This document shows positions 17,069 through 30,277 of a stretch of 64,000 nucleotides of DNA, one piece after another; within the stretch, counting starts at the first letter, position 1; the number at the start of each line of letters is the position of its first letter. Made by a program: the position numbers and the translations under genes. This stretch comes from Candidatus Multivoradales bacterium. GTDB taxonomy: Bacteria > Acidobacteriota > Thermoanaerobaculia > Multivoradales > JAHEKO01. The stretch is taken from NCBI GenBank assembly GCA_965223155.1, contig CBDCVR010000014.1:992001-1056000 (forward strand), in the 5' to 3' direction. Under the pieces are notes generated by a model, which saw nothing but the letters and a program-made list of their open reading frames with translations, searched no databases and was not told the origin of the DNA.

Positions 17069-17097
17069 TTGACCTGGGACACCCGTCTCCCTATACT
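17069..17097 (+). promoter_or_regulatory. Sigma70 promoter
   Basis: TTGACC-17 nt-TATACT upstream of ATG 17121. Confidence 0.65.
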
Positions 17098-17120
17098 GGC
17101 CGTGCGTAGGTTCTGTAGCT

Positions 17121-19046
17121 ATGCGTGTACGCCCCCACCTGACCGCATGGGTCCTGGCCGCCTTGGCCTTGGTCCCGATGGCGCTCGTCGCGGAAGACGA
17201 GGGCGGCGTTCTGGCGGGTCGCGTCGAAGGCTCGGTCGAGCCGCTGTCGGCGGCCAAGGTGTACGCCTACGCGCTTTCCGACTTGAGCCTGCGCCGCGAG
17301 ATCACCGACCGCGACGGGCTGTTTCTGTTCGCCGAGCTGCCGGCCGGGCTCTATAAGGTGATCGCCTTCAAGCCGGGCTTCCTGCCGGCGGTGGTCATGC
17401 TCAGCCGAGCCTCGACTGGGGCGACCCAGTTTCTTGACGTTCAGCTCGCCCAGCAGTCCAACGATCCCGAGACCGCGGCGGCCTCCTTTTGGAAGCTGCG
17501 CGAGAAGATCCCGTCCGACGTTCTGCGCGACATGGACCTGCCGGCGTATCTGGCCCCCGAGGGCCGGATGCCCCAGGCTGTTCCGGCCGCCGGGCCAGCC
17601 GGACGGACGGCTCCTCAGGGGACCCCGTCGGCGGTGGCTGCCGCCCGGGAAATCCCCGCGGACCGGTTCTCGACCCAGATGCGAGCCAGCACCGGGGTCC
17701 ATGAAGGCCTTGACGTGGGCGACGGCGAGATCAACGGCGCCGAGGTCGATTTCTCGGGCCGGGTCAACGACGTCGAGATCGCCCTCAACGGAGAATTCAC
17801 CGAGCTTTCCACCGGCAGCGAAGCGCTCGAGGACGCGGGCTCCGGTTCGACCCAAGAGCTGGAGCTGCGGCTGGCGGCCGCGCGCCGCGCCACGGTCAAC
17901 TTCTCGACCCGCTCGAACGAGCTCTCGGGAGCCCGGAACGACGACTCGGTCGAGTACGAGCGCCACGCGGTGTCCTGGACCCAAGCCTACGGCGACCGGG
18001 CCCAGTCCAACGTCTCGGCGCAGTACACCGAAGAGAACAACTTCTACCGGCAGGCGCTGGTGGCGCCCAGCACGGTGCCCGGAGCCTCGCGCTCCTGGCG
18101 CATCGAAGGCTCCTACGCCAATCAGGTCACCGACCGCGCCAATGTCGAAGCCGGCGTTCTCTACCGCGAACGCGCCAGCGACCGCGAAGCCAGCGACTCT
18201 TTGCTGGCCTCCGAGACAGTGGAGCTCTTCGGCAAGGGCGGCTGGCAGATCAACCCGGCGCTGCTCGTCCAGTACGGGCTCTACTCGGCGCTGCGGGACG
18301 GCACGCTCTCGGTGTCTCCACAGGGCGGACTGGTCTTCCAGATCGCTCCCAAGTGGCAGGCGGCAACGCTCGCGAGCCGGCGCCTCGACACCTCGAATGA
18401 CGCCGTCCGGCGGATCGACTTTACGCCCGCCTACTACCAGGATGCCCGCTCCTGCCGGCAGGCCGAGGAGTACTGCTACGAGCTGTCTTTCTCGCGCTCC
18501 TGGACCGACGGCGAGGGCCTGAAGCTGGGAGCCGTCCACCGCAAGATCGGCGAGACCCAGCGCCTGTTCTTCGACTCGGACTTCTTCGACCGCTTCGACA
18601 GCCTGTACCTGGTGGATGGCGATCGGCTTCCCGAGCTGCGGCTCGAGGTCACCCGCCGCCTCAAGCCGGGCATCGTGGCCCGGTTCGAGTCGAACCTGGC
18701 GGCCGGCGGCGGCGGCCTGCTCCAGACTGCGGACAACGCCTACGAGAACGACGTGCGCTATCTCGTGACCTCGTTCGACACCCGGTTCGAAGGCTCGGCG
18801 ACCGATCTCCTGGTCGCCTTTCACCGGCTCGAGCAGGAGCTCTCGCCTCTGGGCGAGTACGAAACACCCGAGATGGCCCTCGAGCGACTGCAGGTCGGCG
18901 TCAGCCAGGATCTGGGGTTTCTCGACCGGTTGGCCTCAGAGCTTGCCGTCCACCTCAACATGGAGTTGAGCCGGGGCGGCACGTCCGAAGAGCTCTACGA
19001 AGAGCTTCGGAAACGCATCACCGGCGGCCTCGCCGTCCGTTTCTGA
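17121..19046 (+). CDS. Secreted/outer-membrane protein with N-terminal carboxypeptidase-regulatory-like domain and probable beta-barrel
   Basis: Signal peptide. TDRDGLFLFAELPAGLYKVIAFKPGF is typical of this domain. Beta-strand pattern and terminal Phe. Confidence 0.7.
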   Translation: MRVRPHLTAWVLAALALVPMALVAEDEGGVLAGRVEGSVEPLSAAKVYAYALSDLSLRREITDRDGLFLFAELPAGLYKVIAFKPGFLPAVVMLSRASTGATQFLDVQLAQQSNDPETAAASFWKLREKIPSDVLRDMDLPAYLAPEGRMPQAVPAAGPAGRTAPQGTPSAVAAAREIPADRFSTQMRASTGVHEGLDVGDGEINGAEVDFSGRVNDVEIALNGEFTELSTGSEALEDAGSGSTQELELRLAAARRATVNFSTRSNELSGARNDDSVEYERHAVSWTQAYGDRAQSNVSAQYTEENNFYRQALVAPSTVPGASRSWRIEGSYANQVTDRANVEAGVLYRERASDREASDSLLASETVELFGKGGWQINPALLVQYGLYSALRDGTLSVSPQGGLVFQIAPKWQAATLASRRLDTSNDAVRRIDFTPAYYQDARSCRQAEEYCYELSFSRSWTDGEGLKLGAVHRKIGETQRLFFDSDFFDRFDSLYLVDGDRLPELRLEVTRRLKPGIVARFESNLAAGGGGLLQTADNAYENDVRYLVTSFDTRFEGSATDLLVAFHRLEQELSPLGEYETPEMALERLQVGVSQDLGFLDRLASELAVHLNMELSRGGTSEELYEELRKRITGGLAVRF

Positions 19047-19207
19047 TCCCCGGAATCGGCCGCCAGCCGGCCCACAGCCGGCGACGCTCGGCCCTGCCGG
19101 ATCAACTCTCTGGATCCAAGATCGCCCCGGCGATTCAAAAAACCGGATAAACTCTAGGAAAGGCCCTTGATTTCAGGCCTTTAGGGCGATTCAAGGAACC
19201 GATTTCG

Positions 19208-19223
19208 TGGCATGGTTCCTGCT
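19208..19223 (+). promoter_or_regulatory. Sigma54 (-24/-12) promoter
   Basis: TGGCATGGTTCCTGCT has GG-N10-GC spacing, upstream of GAGGA RBS and ATG 19248. Confidence 0.65.
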
Positions 19224-19247
19224 TCGCAGGTTCTTGAGGATCTGCGC

Positions 19248-22036
19248 ATGACCGAGAGCAACAGGACGGGTCGCGGCCGCACGCTTCTACTGCTGGCGAG
19301 CATCCTCCTCGCCGCTCTGGTGGTGCTGGGCGGAGGCCTGAGCTCGGTACGCAAGATCGAGTCGTTCCAGCCGACCGGATTCACGGCCGAGCGCGACGCC
19401 GGCAACTGGGCGGTACAGAGCGCGGACCCGGGCACCGGCTTGGTCGCAGGCGACGCGATTCTCCTGGTCAATGGGGATACCGTGGCTACTGCCGCGGAAC
19501 TGGCGGGCGAGCTCAAGGCCGCGCCCGCAAGCGACCTCGTGGTCTTGCGGGGCGAGGAGCTGGTCGAAGTCGACTACGCCCGGCCCGCGCTCGACATCGA
19601 CTTCGCCTATCTGGTCCTGGCACTCATCGGCTGCGCCTATCTGCTGGTCGGCTTCTACACCTTGCTGCGCGACCAGCGCGGAGCGGCGGTGGTCTTCTTC
19701 CTCTGGACGCTGACCTCGGCGGTGGTCTATCTCTTCTCCCCCGCCGGACCCTTCGATCTCGTCGACAAGACCCTGTACGTCGCCGAGGAGTTCGCCCGGA
19801 TCCTGCTGGCGCCGCTGACGCTTCATCTCTTCTCGATCTTCCCCAAGCCGCTGGGCGGAAAGCGTCGTCGCCTTGGGGCGGGCTGGATGACGCCGTTTTT
19901 CTACCTGCCGGCCGCCTTTCTGGCTCTCCTGCAACTGGATCTTCTGGCAACCGGCGGCCGCATGCTCTTCGGCGCATCCGCGGGCACGGCGCTGGCAACG
20001 CTCGACCGTCTCGAGCTCTTCCACCTGGTCGTCTTCGGCCTGGCCGCCGCGGGGGTTCTGGCCTGGCGACTCTGGACCGGCAAGCAGGGAGAGGCTCAGC
20101 AGCAGACGAGCTGGATCGCCGCCGGCATGGTCGGCGGCTACCTGCCCTTCGGCCTCCTCTACGTCCTGCCGCGGGCCCTCGGGGCAAGCTGGCCCGACAC
20201 GCTGGCGCCGGTGACGGTCCTGTTTCTGGCGATCGTTCCGATCGCCTTCTCGTACGCGATCCTGCGCTACCGCCTGTGGGATCTGGGCGTGGTGGTGCGC
20301 GACTCGGTCACCCTCGGCCTCACCGTCCTCCTGGGAGTCTCGGGGTTCGCACTCGCCAACCAGGTGGTGAACCGGATGATGCCCACCGATCTCGCCATGG
20401 GCCGGAATCTCCTGGTGTTTCTGTCGGGCCTGACCATCGCCGGCCTCATGGTGCCGACCCATCGGGGTCTCGGCCAGTCGCTGGAGCGCCTCCAGTACCG
20501 CGGACGCTTCGGACGGCGGCGGGCTCTCGCCGAGATCGGCCGCGATCTGCTCAACGAGCGCGACCTCAATCTGTTGTGCGAGCGGCTGACCGACGAGATC
20601 CGTTCCAGTCTCGAGATCGACACCAGCAACCTGTTGCTGGTGCGGGACGGCATTGTGGTGCCCTGGCGAGCCGAGCCGGCTCTGGACGAGACGGTCTCGT
20701 TCGGGGATCTCCCGGAATCCCTCTGGAACCCGGGCGTGCACGGCCTGCCCGCCGTCGGTCTTCCCGGTGAGGACACGGCCGGGGTGGCTCTCTTCGGCGC
20801 CGGCTACCGCTACGCTCTGCCGCTCTTCGTCCGCGAGCGCCGGGTCGGCCTCTTCGTCTGCGGCTACAAGGACGGCTCGGTGCCGCTCAGCAGCGACGAT
20901 CTGGACCTGCTGGAAAGCCTGCTCAACCAGACCGCGCTCGCCATCGAAAACGCGCAGCTTCTCGAGACCGTGCAATCGCAGCTCGAGGAAGTCGTCCGCT
21001 TGCAGCAGTTCAACAAAGAAATCGTCGAGTCCTCGCCGGCCGGAATCGTGGTCCTGGGACCTGATGAAGCCGTGGTCTCGGCCAACCGGGCGTTCGCCGG
21101 GCTCTTCGGCCTCGCCGTCGAGGAGATCACCGGCAGGCGGGTCGCGGACTTCCTGCCCGGAACGCCGCTGCCGGCCCCGGGCGACGGCTTGCGCGAGACC
21201 CGGATCGAGCCCGCCCAGGGCACCGAGCGCTATCTCCAGATCAGCGCCGGCGCCCTTCCCGGCGCGGCCGAGTCCTCCTCCCAGAGAGTGCTGGTCGTCC
21301 AGGACGTCACCGACCGCATCGCCATGGAGAACGCCCTCAAGGAAAAGGACCGGCTGGCCGCCCTCGGCGTCCTCGCCGCGGGAGTCGCCCACGAGGTCAA
21401 CACGCCGATCACCGGAATCTCGAGCTACGCCCAGATGCTGCTCCAGGACACTCCCGACGACGATCCCCGGCACCAGCTCTTGAGGAAGGTCGAGACCCAG
21501 ACCTTCCGCGCCGCCCGTATCGTCAACAACCTCCTCAACTTCGCGCGCAAGCGGGGCGGCGAGCAGATCTCGGTGGACCTGGGTCCGCTGGTCGACGAAT
21601 GCCTGGATCTAGTGCGCGAGCGGCTGCACGAGCACGGCGTCGGCCTGGTCTGGCAGCGGCCCGACCAGCCGATCACGGTCCTCGGCAACGAGGGCGAGCT
21701 CCAGCAGGTGGTCACCAATCTGGTCATGAACGCGATCGATGCCATGGGCGGCACCGGCGGTTCGCTCACGGTCGAGATCGAGACCAACGGCTCCTGGGCC
21801 TGGATCGGAGTCGAGGACACCGGTCCGGGCATCGCGCCCGGCCAGCTCGAGAGCATCTTCGAGCCCTTCTATTCGACCAAGCTGGACCAGGGCGGTACCG
21901 GACTCGGCCTGTCGATCTCGCATGACCTTATTCGGCGGCACCGGGGCGACATCCGGGTCGTCAGCCAGCTCGGGGAAGGCTCGCGCTTCATCATCGAGCT
22001 TCCCACCGCGGAGAACCCACCCGAATCCTCGAACGA

Positions 22037-22040
<4 letters not shown>
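19248..22040 (+). CDS. Multi-TM sensor histidine kinase (PDZ-like, TM, GAF, PAS, HisKA, HATPase)
   Basis: H box GVAHEVNTP, N box NLVMNAIDA, DTGPGI, IFEPFYSTK, GTGLGLSIS; many hydrophobic segments. Confidence 0.92.
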
Positions 22041-23419
<1,379 letters not shown>

Positions 23420-23452
23420 GCGCTCTTGCGCAAGACCCGAAAGGAGTCGACG

Positions 23453-26128
23453 ATGCAGCGTCGAGTTGGAAGAGGACTGTCTCCGCCCGCCTATCTGCCC
23501 GCCGCGATACTGGCGATGACGCTAGCCGCCGCCGGACCGGCCGCCCCGGCCGCCCTGGCCTCCAGTACCCCCCTGCTCGAGCCCCTAAGCGACGGCAGCG
23601 CGGTCGCCCTGCCGGCCGTGGATGCATCGGTGCCCTCGCCGGCCGAGTTTCTGGGCTACGCACTGGGCGGACGCTTCACCCACCACGAGCGGATCGTCGC
23701 CTACCTCGATCACCTGGCGGCCTCGTCAGAACGGGTCTCGATCTGGCAGTACGGCTCGACCTATGAGGGCCGGCCGCTCAAGCTGGCCGCGATCTCGTCG
23801 CCCCGGAATCTGGCCCGCCTCGAGGCGATTCGCGGCGAGCTCGCCGCCCTCGCCGGCGGCGCGGACACGGAGGCCGAGCTCGACCGGGTCCTGGCCTCGG
23901 CTCCGGTCGTGGTCTGGCTGGCCTACGGCGTCCACGGTAACGAAGCCTCCTCGGCAGAGGCGGCGATGGCGGCGGCCTATGTCTTCGCCGCCGGCCAGGA
24001 TGATTGGTCGGAGCTTCTCGACAACGCGGTAGTCCTGATCGATCCCCTGTGCAATCCCGACGGGCGCGAGCGCTACGTTCATTTCTACGAGACCCGGCGC
24101 GGGCGCGTTCCCGACCCCCTGCCGGAATCGGCCGAGCACCGCGAGCCCTGGCCGGGCGGGCGGCAGAACCACTACCTGGTGGACCTCAACCGGGACTGGA
24201 CGTGGCTCAGCCAGCAGGAGACCCAAGCCCGCGTCGCCGAGTACCGGCGCTGGGAGCCGCACGTCTACGTCGACTTCCACGAGATGTCGCCACGCTCGTC
24301 CTATTTCTTTCCGCCCTCAGCCGAGCCCATCCATCCGGCTATCGCCGCCGGCTCCGTGGGCTGGCTCGAGACCTTCGGCCGCGCCAACGCCGAAGCCTTC
24401 GACGACCGGGGCTGGGTCTACTACGTGGGCGAGAACTTCGATCTCTTCTATCCGGGCTACGGCGATTCGTATCCGAGCCTGCGCGGCGCCATCGGCATGA
24501 CCTACGAGATGGCGGGGCACGGCCGGGCCGGACAAGCCTACCGGCGGCCTGACGGGACGGTATTGACGCTGGCCGACCGCATCGCCCGCCACCTGACGAC
24601 TTCAATCGCCACCGCCCGCACGGCGATCCGGAACCGCTCGGATCTGCTGCGCGACTTCTCCGCTTCGCGCCGCGCGCGCGGTCCCGAGCGCACCTACCTG
24701 TGGCGTCCGGACCAACCCGAGGCCGCCGCCGCGGCCGAGCTTCTGGCGGCGCACGGCGTCCAGGTCGGCGCCCTCGCGGAGCCGGCGCGGCTGCGGACCG
24801 CCCCGCTTGCGGCCACTGCCTCCGACGCCACCGACTCCACAGACGCCACGGAAGCCCGCCGGTTTCCGGCCGGAACCTACGCGGTCTCCACCCAGCAACC
24901 CCTGGGCGCCCTGGTCCGAACCCTGATGGAGCGTGACGCCGCCATGTCACAGCGCTTCCTCGACGAGCAGCGCCGGCGCATCGAGCAGAACCGCTCGACC
25001 GAGTTCTTCGACATCACCGCCTGGTCGCTGCCGCTCGCCTTCAACGTCGAGACCTGGGTCAGCGGCGAAGCCGTCGCCAGCGCTCCGATCTCACCGGCTT
25101 CCGGCACGGTCCGGGGCGAGGGCGAGCTAGGAGTGCTGATCCCGCCCCAGGGCCTTGATTCCTACCGCCTGCTAGCGGCACTCCAGCGAGAGGACATCGT
25201 CTTCCGGCTCGCGGTCGGAGCCTTCGAGCTCGCGGGCGCCGAGTACCCCAACGGAACGGTCTTCGTCCCGTACCGGGGCAACGACGAGGGGCTCGACACC
25301 CAGCTCGCCGGTTTGACCGAAGAGCTCGGAGTCTCGGCCGTCCGCATCGCAACCGGGTACGCCGAGGGCGGCAACTCGCTGGGCTCGGACGACATGGTGC
25401 CGGTGCGGCCGGCTCGCATCGGCCTCCTCGCCGGCGACGGCGTCAGCCCGACCTCGTTCGGTTTTCTCTGGCACCTGATGGACCAGCAGATCGCTCTCGA
25501 TCATCATCGACTGGACACCGGCAGCTTCGATCGCGTCGACTTGAGCGCCTTCGACGCGCTGGTGCTTCCAAGTGGCTCGCTGGACGAAGAAGCCGCCAAG
25601 AAGCTCGAAGACTGGCTCCGCGCCGGCGGCACGCTCATCGCCGTCGGCCGGGCGGTCTCCTGGCTGAGGAATCGGAAAGTGAGCCGTCTCAAAGCCTGGC
25701 AGCCGCCCGAAGACGGCGGCGGCCGCAACGAGGTCACCGAGCTGACCCCCGAGCGGCGGAGTCTCTACACCCCGGGCGCGGTGCTGGGGACCCGAACCCG
25801 AAGCGAGCATCCCCTGGCCGCCGGCATCCAGCGCTCGCCCGCGGCGATCTTCTCCGGCCGAACCGTGCTGCTGCCGACCGGAGATCCCCGGCGCGATCTC
25901 CTGGTGGCCGCCAAGGAGGATCCGGTGGTGGCCGGTTTCGCCTGGCCCGAGGCCGAGGAGCGGCTCCAGGGATCCCTGCTGGTTGGCGTCGAGGGCGTGG
26001 GCGCCGGCACTCTCATCTCCTTTTCCCAGGATCCCGACTTCCGCCTCTTCTGGCGCGGCACTGCCCCATTCTTTCTGAACGCGGTCATGTTCGGACCCAG
26101 CCTGGCCGAGAGCGGCCACCTGCGCTAG
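23453..26128 (+). CDS. M14 family zinc carboxypeptidase-like secreted protein
   Basis: AAGGAG RBS, signal peptide, VHGNE (HxxE), NPDG, DLNRD, DFHEM. Confidence 0.88.
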   Translation: MQRRVGRGLSPPAYLPAAILAMTLAAAGPAAPAALASSTPLLEPLSDGSAVALPAVDASVPSPAEFLGYALGGRFTHHERIVAYLDHLAASSERVSIWQYGSTYEGRPLKLAAISSPRNLARLEAIRGELAALAGGADTEAELDRVLASAPVVVWLAYGVHGNEASSAEAAMAAAYVFAAGQDDWSELLDNAVVLIDPLCNPDGRERYVHFYETRRGRVPDPLPESAEHREPWPGGRQNHYLVDLNRDWTWLSQQETQARVAEYRRWEPHVYVDFHEMSPRSSYFFPPSAEPIHPAIAAGSVGWLETFGRANAEAFDDRGWVYYVGENFDLFYPGYGDSYPSLRGAIGMTYEMAGHGRAGQAYRRPDGTVLTLADRIARHLTTSIATARTAIRNRSDLLRDFSASRRARGPERTYLWRPDQPEAAAAAELLAAHGVQVGALAEPARLRTAPLAATASDATDSTDATEARRFPAGTYAVSTQQPLGALVRTLMERDAAMSQRFLDEQRRRIEQNRSTEFFDITAWSLPLAFNVETWVSGEAVASAPISPASGTVRGEGELGVLIPPQGLDSYRLLAALQREDIVFRLAVGAFELAGAEYPNGTVFVPYRGNDEGLDTQLAGLTEELGVSAVRIATGYAEGGNSLGSDDMVPVRPARIGLLAGDGVSPTSFGFLWHLMDQQIALDHHRLDTGSFDRVDLSAFDALVLPSGSLDEEAAKKLEDWLRAGGTLIAVGRAVSWLRNRKVSRLKAWQPPEDGGGRNEVTELTPERRSLYTPGAVLGTRTRSEHPLAAGIQRSPAAIFSGRTVLLPTGDPRRDLLVAAKEDPVVAGFAWPEAEERLQGSLLVGVEGVGAGTLISFSQDPDFRLFWRGTAPFFLNAVMFGPSLAESGHLR

Positions 26129-26209
26129 TCGAAGGCGAGCCTGTAGCTCGTACCGAGGTTCGGCCAGCAGGCCGGACCCCTTGACGCGAACCCTGGTGCG
26201 AAAGGCGGG

Positions 26210-28501
26210 CTACAGCACCCAGGCGTAGCCCAGCTTCAGGAAGACGCTACGGTCGCTCTGGGTCAAGCTGATCCGCTGGTCGCCTTCCCGGGTGTCGCCG
26301 TAGCCCAGAAAGAGGACGGTCTGAGGGTTCAGCTTGTACGAGAACAGGACCTGGGTGAAAAGCCGGTCGAACTCGGCGTCGACCTCGTCCTGGTAGAGCG
26401 CCTGATTCCGGTCGATCGAGGTCCATTGAAAGATCGTGCGGACGAAGGTGCGAACGTTGAACTGGTAGACCAGGCGAAGCTGGCTTAGGTTGGCTTCGAA
26501 GAGCTCGCCGCCATCGACGTCCAGACGCTGCAGGTTGTGGTCCAGGTTGGCCCTGAGGTGCAAGCCCAGGTTCCATTGGATGCTGGGCTCCAGAAAGAGC
26601 ACCTTGGCGGGTCGGGTGTGGGCGAAGTCGATGGCGTCACCGCGGCCGGCGAACATGCCGAACCAGAAGTCCCCGGTGGGTTGGATCTCGAACCAGCTGT
26701 TCATGAAGTCCTGATCCTCGAAGATGACGCCGTCGAAGAAGCGGTCGCGCTGGCCGATGCCGAAGAACAAATGGGACTGCTTGGGCCCTGAGATGTTGGT
26801 GCGGATCTCGGCCTCGCGCTCGAGCACGTTGCCTTCCTCGTCTTCGGTGAGATCCCAGTCGCCGCCGAAGGACCAGCGCGTGTACCAGTCGTCCTCCTCG
26901 CCCCACCAAGTGCGGTCGGCGCCGGCGAGCAGAAAGCTCGTGCCCACCCGTGGCATGAAGCCCATGTCGGCCCGAAACTGGGAGCCGATGTCCCGGTACT
27001 CGCCGTAGACGAACCAATTCCGGTCGTCGTGGGTGTAGCGCAAGCGATAGCCGTGATCCGAGAAGCTCCCGGACGGCTGGTCGAAGTCGGCCGCGATCAC
27101 GCCCGGGTACTCGGTCTCGGAGCGCAGGTACTGAAACCGGATTGAATCGGTCTCGCGGAACCGGTAGAGCCCGTCGATGCCACCGACCTGGTTCGAATAG
27201 TCGCCGCCCTCCCGGCTGGTAAAGAGCACGCCGATCGCCGAAGACGAACCGAAATCCCGCCGGTACCGGACGACCGCGTCGTCGGTCTCGAAATCGAAGG
27301 AGTCGGCATCCGAGCCCTGACTGCCCGGAAACAAGAGGTTGGTCGTCGTGTCGCGAGCCACGAAGGCCCCGAAGGCGTTCTTGCCCTGCTTGCCTGAGAA
27401 CTTGACGCCCCAATCCGGGTCGGCCACGTTGCGGGTGAAGACCGCCCGCATCGGCGTGGAGAAGAAGTCGGCTCCCTCCAGAAAGAACGGGCGGCGCTCC
27501 GGAAAGAACAGGGCGAACTGGTTGTTGACGTCAAGCTGCGCGACGTCCGCTTCGACCTGGGAGAAGTCCGGATTGATCGCTGCGTTCAAGATCAGGTTCG
27601 GGGTGATCCCCCAGCGCGCCGTCAGTCCGAACTCGTTGTCGACGCTCCCTTCGACCAGGTCACCGGTCGGAAAGTCTTCTCGTACGTCGGTGCGCCCGCC
27701 GGTCACGGTGGGAACGAACTCCAGATTGCGGCCGGGAGTGATGCCTTCGAACCCATTGAGTTTCGAGACCTGGCAGACGTAGCAGCTGATCGAGCGGTCC
27801 AGGGGCTGGAGCGCGATCCGGTGACGCTGGTCCCGCGGATAGAACCGGAGCGCGTCGAAGCCCCAGGTCTGTTGACCGGACGCCGCTTCGAAGCGCAACT
27901 GGTTGAACGGAATCGCCAGCTCGACCACGTACCCGGTCGTGGTGATCTTGCCGGCCGAGTCCCAGATGGCGTCCCAAGCGTCGGATTCGCCGCCGCCCAA
28001 GTCGTCGACGAAGGAGTCCATCTGGACGCCCAACGGGTTGGCGAAGAACTGGAAGGCTCGCCGCTCGTCATTGAAGGGATCCAAGACCACCCCCACGAAG
28101 TCGTCGCTCCAGGCGCTATCCCGGTCGGCAAGGTGAGCGCGGATCGCGCCCGGTTCCGGATCGTGCGCGCGAAAGGCAAAGTACAGGGCGCGGTCGTCAT
28201 AGGTGGCGAAGACCTCGGTGCGCACAGGCGGGTCGATGTTCTCGCCCGGACGGGTCTCGAAGGCCAGCTCGAGGGTGAGTGCGTCGGCCCAGGCCCCCTC
28301 GTCCAGAACGCCATCGACGGCGATCTCGCCGGAGGCCCGGGGAATGGCGAAGGGCCGCTCCTCGGCCTGGCTTTCGGTGCTTGCTGCCTCCTCGGCGACG
28401 GCCGTCTCGGGGCTCTCCTCATCGCCACCCACGGCGGGACCCGATATCGGGCCCAGAGCGCCGAGCACGAACACCGAAACCACCACGATCAAACGTCGCA
28501 T
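26210..28501 (-). CDS. CBM9-like + DUF5916 outer-membrane protein
   Basis: [36 protein letters not shown]; signal peptide from ATG 28501. Confidence 0.82.
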   Translation of the reverse strand: MRRLIVVVSVFVLGALGPISGPAVGGDEESPETAVAEEAASTESQAEERPFAIPRASGEIAVDGVLDEGAWADALTLELAFETRPGENIDPPVRTEVFATYDDRALYFAFRAHDPEPGAIRAHLADRDSAWSDDFVGVVLDPFNDERRAFQFFANPLGVQMDSFVDDLGGGESDAWDAIWDSAGKITTTGYVVELAIPFNQLRFEAASGQQTWGFDALRFYPRDQRHRIALQPLDRSISCYVCQVSKLNGFEGITPGRNLEFVPTVTGGRTDVREDFPTGDLVEGSVDNEFGLTARWGITPNLILNAAINPDFSQVEADVAQLDVNNQFALFFPERRPFFLEGADFFSTPMRAVFTRNVADPDWGVKFSGKQGKNAFGAFVARDTTTNLLFPGSQGSDADSFDFETDDAVVRYRRDFGSSSAIGVLFTSREGGDYSNQVGGIDGLYRFRETDSIRFQYLRSETEYPGVIAADFDQPSGSFSDHGYRLRYTHDDRNWFVYGEYRDIGSQFRADMGFMPRVGTSFLLAGADRTWWGEEDDWYTRWSFGGDWDLTEDEEGNVLEREAEIRTNISGPKQSHLFFGIGQRDRFFDGVIFEDQDFMNSWFEIQPTGDFWFGMFAGRGDAIDFAHTRPAKVLFLEPSIQWNLGLHLRANLDHNLQRLDVDGGELFEANLSQLRLVYQFNVRTFVRTIFQWTSIDRNQALYQDEVDAEFDRLFTQVLFSYKLNPQTVLFLGYGDTREGDQRISLTQSDRSVFLKLGYAWVL

Positions 28502-28803
28502 CTCCCTACCCTTTCTTTCGATCCACTCTTCGATCTCTCGTTCCGACCGGCTCTGAAGCCCCGCGGTTTCTATCTCGTTGCCCGCTCTTGCCGTACGGCG
28601 TAAGCTCATGCAAGGTTCTCGACCTGAAGATATCTACGTGCGAGCTCGCACGCCCGTCGTCTCCAGAGCCCTTGCCACATGCCCTTGAAATCGCTTACCA
28701 TCCTCTGCCCCGGAGGGTTACACGCGATTTTCGCGGTCCGTACCGGGGGGCCGGCCGGAATATCATCCCGCCCGGCGTTGTTTTTCTCTCCAGGTGCCGA
28801 ATC

Positions 28804-29010
28804 ATGAAAGCTGACATTCATCCCGAACTTCACCACATCACGGTCACCTGCGCCTGCGGCAACTCCTTCGAGACCCATTCGACCCAGTCCGAGCTGCGAC
28901 TCGAGATCTGCAGCGCCTGCCACCCGTTCTTCACCGGCAAGCAGAAGCTGGTCGACTCCGCGGGTCGCGTCGAGCGGTTCCAGCGCCGGTACGGCCTCGG
29001 CTCGTCCTAG
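28804..29010 (+). CDS. rpmE: 50S ribosomal protein L31 (zinc-binding type)
   Basis: MKADIHP...CACG...[24 protein letters not shown]. Confidence 0.97.
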   Translation: MKADIHPELHHITVTCACGNSFETHSTQSELRLEICSACHPFFTGKQKLVDSAGRVERFQRRYGLGSS

Positions 29011-29182
29011 CGGCGCTCGCGCCACCAGGCGGCTGAGTTCCCGGAGGGTCTTCCGTCCGGTCCCGAGCCGTGTGTTTCTGAGATACTGAGCCATCTCGTT
29101 CTCTCGCCGAGCGCGAGGCTACTACCGAGGTAGTTAATCGTCAACCGCCCGGCCACGCCGGATCTCGTTTCCCGTCAGTCCG

Positions 29183-30277
29183 ATGATCGAACAGCTTGAA
29201 GCCATCGAAACGCAGCACGAAGAGCTCGCGCAGAAGCTCGCCGACCCGGAACTGGTCAACGACCAGAAAGCCTACGTCGAGACCACCAAGCGCTTGGCCG
29301 AGCTCGGCGTCGTGGTCGAGCTTTTCCGCCGCTACCGAGCTCTGAAGCAGCAGGAGGAAGACACCGGTGAGCTGCTCGGGACGCTGGACAAGAGCGACGA
29401 GCTCTACGCCATGGCCCTCGAGGAACAGCAGGAGCTCACCGGTCAGCTCAAAACCCTGGAGGCCGAGCTCAAGCGCGAGCTCACGCCGAAGGACCCGAAC
29501 GACGAGCGCAACGTCGTGCTCGAGATTCGAGCCGGCACCGGCGGCGACGAAGCGACGCTCTTCGCCGGCGAGCTCTTTCGCATGTACACCCGCTTCGCCG
29601 AGGCCCAGAACTGGACGGTCGAGATCATCGACCTGTCCGAGTCCGGCATCCGGGGAATCAAGGAAGTCTCGGCCATCATCGAAGGCCGCAAGGCCTACAG
29701 CAGGCTGAAGTACGAAGCCGGCGTCCACCGCGTGCAGCGGGTGCCCGAGACCGAGGCTTCCGGGCGCATCCACACGTCGGCGGTCACGGTGGCTGTTCTG
29801 CCGGAAGCCGAGGATGTCGAGATCGAGATCGAAGAAAAGGACCTACGCGTCGACCGCTTCTGCTCCTCGGGCCCGGGCGGCCAGGGCGTCAACACCACCT
29901 ACTCGGCCGTCCGCATCACCCACCTGCCGACCGGGCTGGTGGTGAGCTGCCAAGACGAGCGCAGCCAGATCAAGAACCGGGCCAAGGCCATGCGCGTGCT
30001 CAAGTCCCGGCTCCTCGAGATCGAGCGAGAGAAGGCCGAGTCCGAGCTCAGCGCCGAGCGCCGCAAGATGGTCGGAAGCGGCGACCGCTCGGAGAAGATT
30101 CGGACCTACAATTTTCCGCAGAATCGGGTCACCGACCACCGCATCGGTCTAACGCTGCACCAATTGCCGGCGATCCTGGAAGGCGATCTGGACGGCCTCA
30201 TCGAGCCGCTTGCCACGCACTTCCAAGCCGAACAGATGCGTCAGGCAGCAGAAGACCAAGCGGCGGTACCGGCCTAA
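29183..30277 (+). CDS. prfA: Peptide chain release factor 1
   Basis: [21 protein letters not shown] (PxT), [25 protein letters not shown]. Confidence 0.98.
   Translation: MIEQLEAIETQHEELAQKLADPELVNDQKAYVETTKRLAELGVVVELFRRYRALKQQEEDTGELLGTLDKSDELYAMALEEQQELTGQLKTLEAELKRELTPKDPNDERNVVLEIRAGTGGDEATLFAGELFRMYTRFAEAQNWTVEIIDLSESGIRGIKEVSAIIEGRKAYSRLKYEAGVHRVQRVPETEASGRIHTSAVTVAVLPEAEDVEIEIEEKDLRVDRFCSSGPGGQGVNTTYSAVRITHLPTGLVVSCQDERSQIKNRAKAMRVLKSRLLEIEREKAESELSAERRKMVGSGDRSEKIRTYNFPQNRVTDHRIGLTLHQLPAILEGDLDGLIEPLATHFQAEQMRQAAEDQAAVPA

Noticed and set aside
19212-19247. ATG 19212 as the kinase start
   Set aside because: It lies inside the sigma54 promoter element; ATG 19248 has a GAGGA RBS.
17091-21473. 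Long minus-strand ORFs (577 aa and 728 aa)
   Set aside because: Antisense to well-supported genes; expected from high-GC codon bias.
29011-29182. Possible structured RNA between rpmE and prfA
   Set aside because: No recognisable riboswitch or leader motif by eye; an Rfam scan would be needed.
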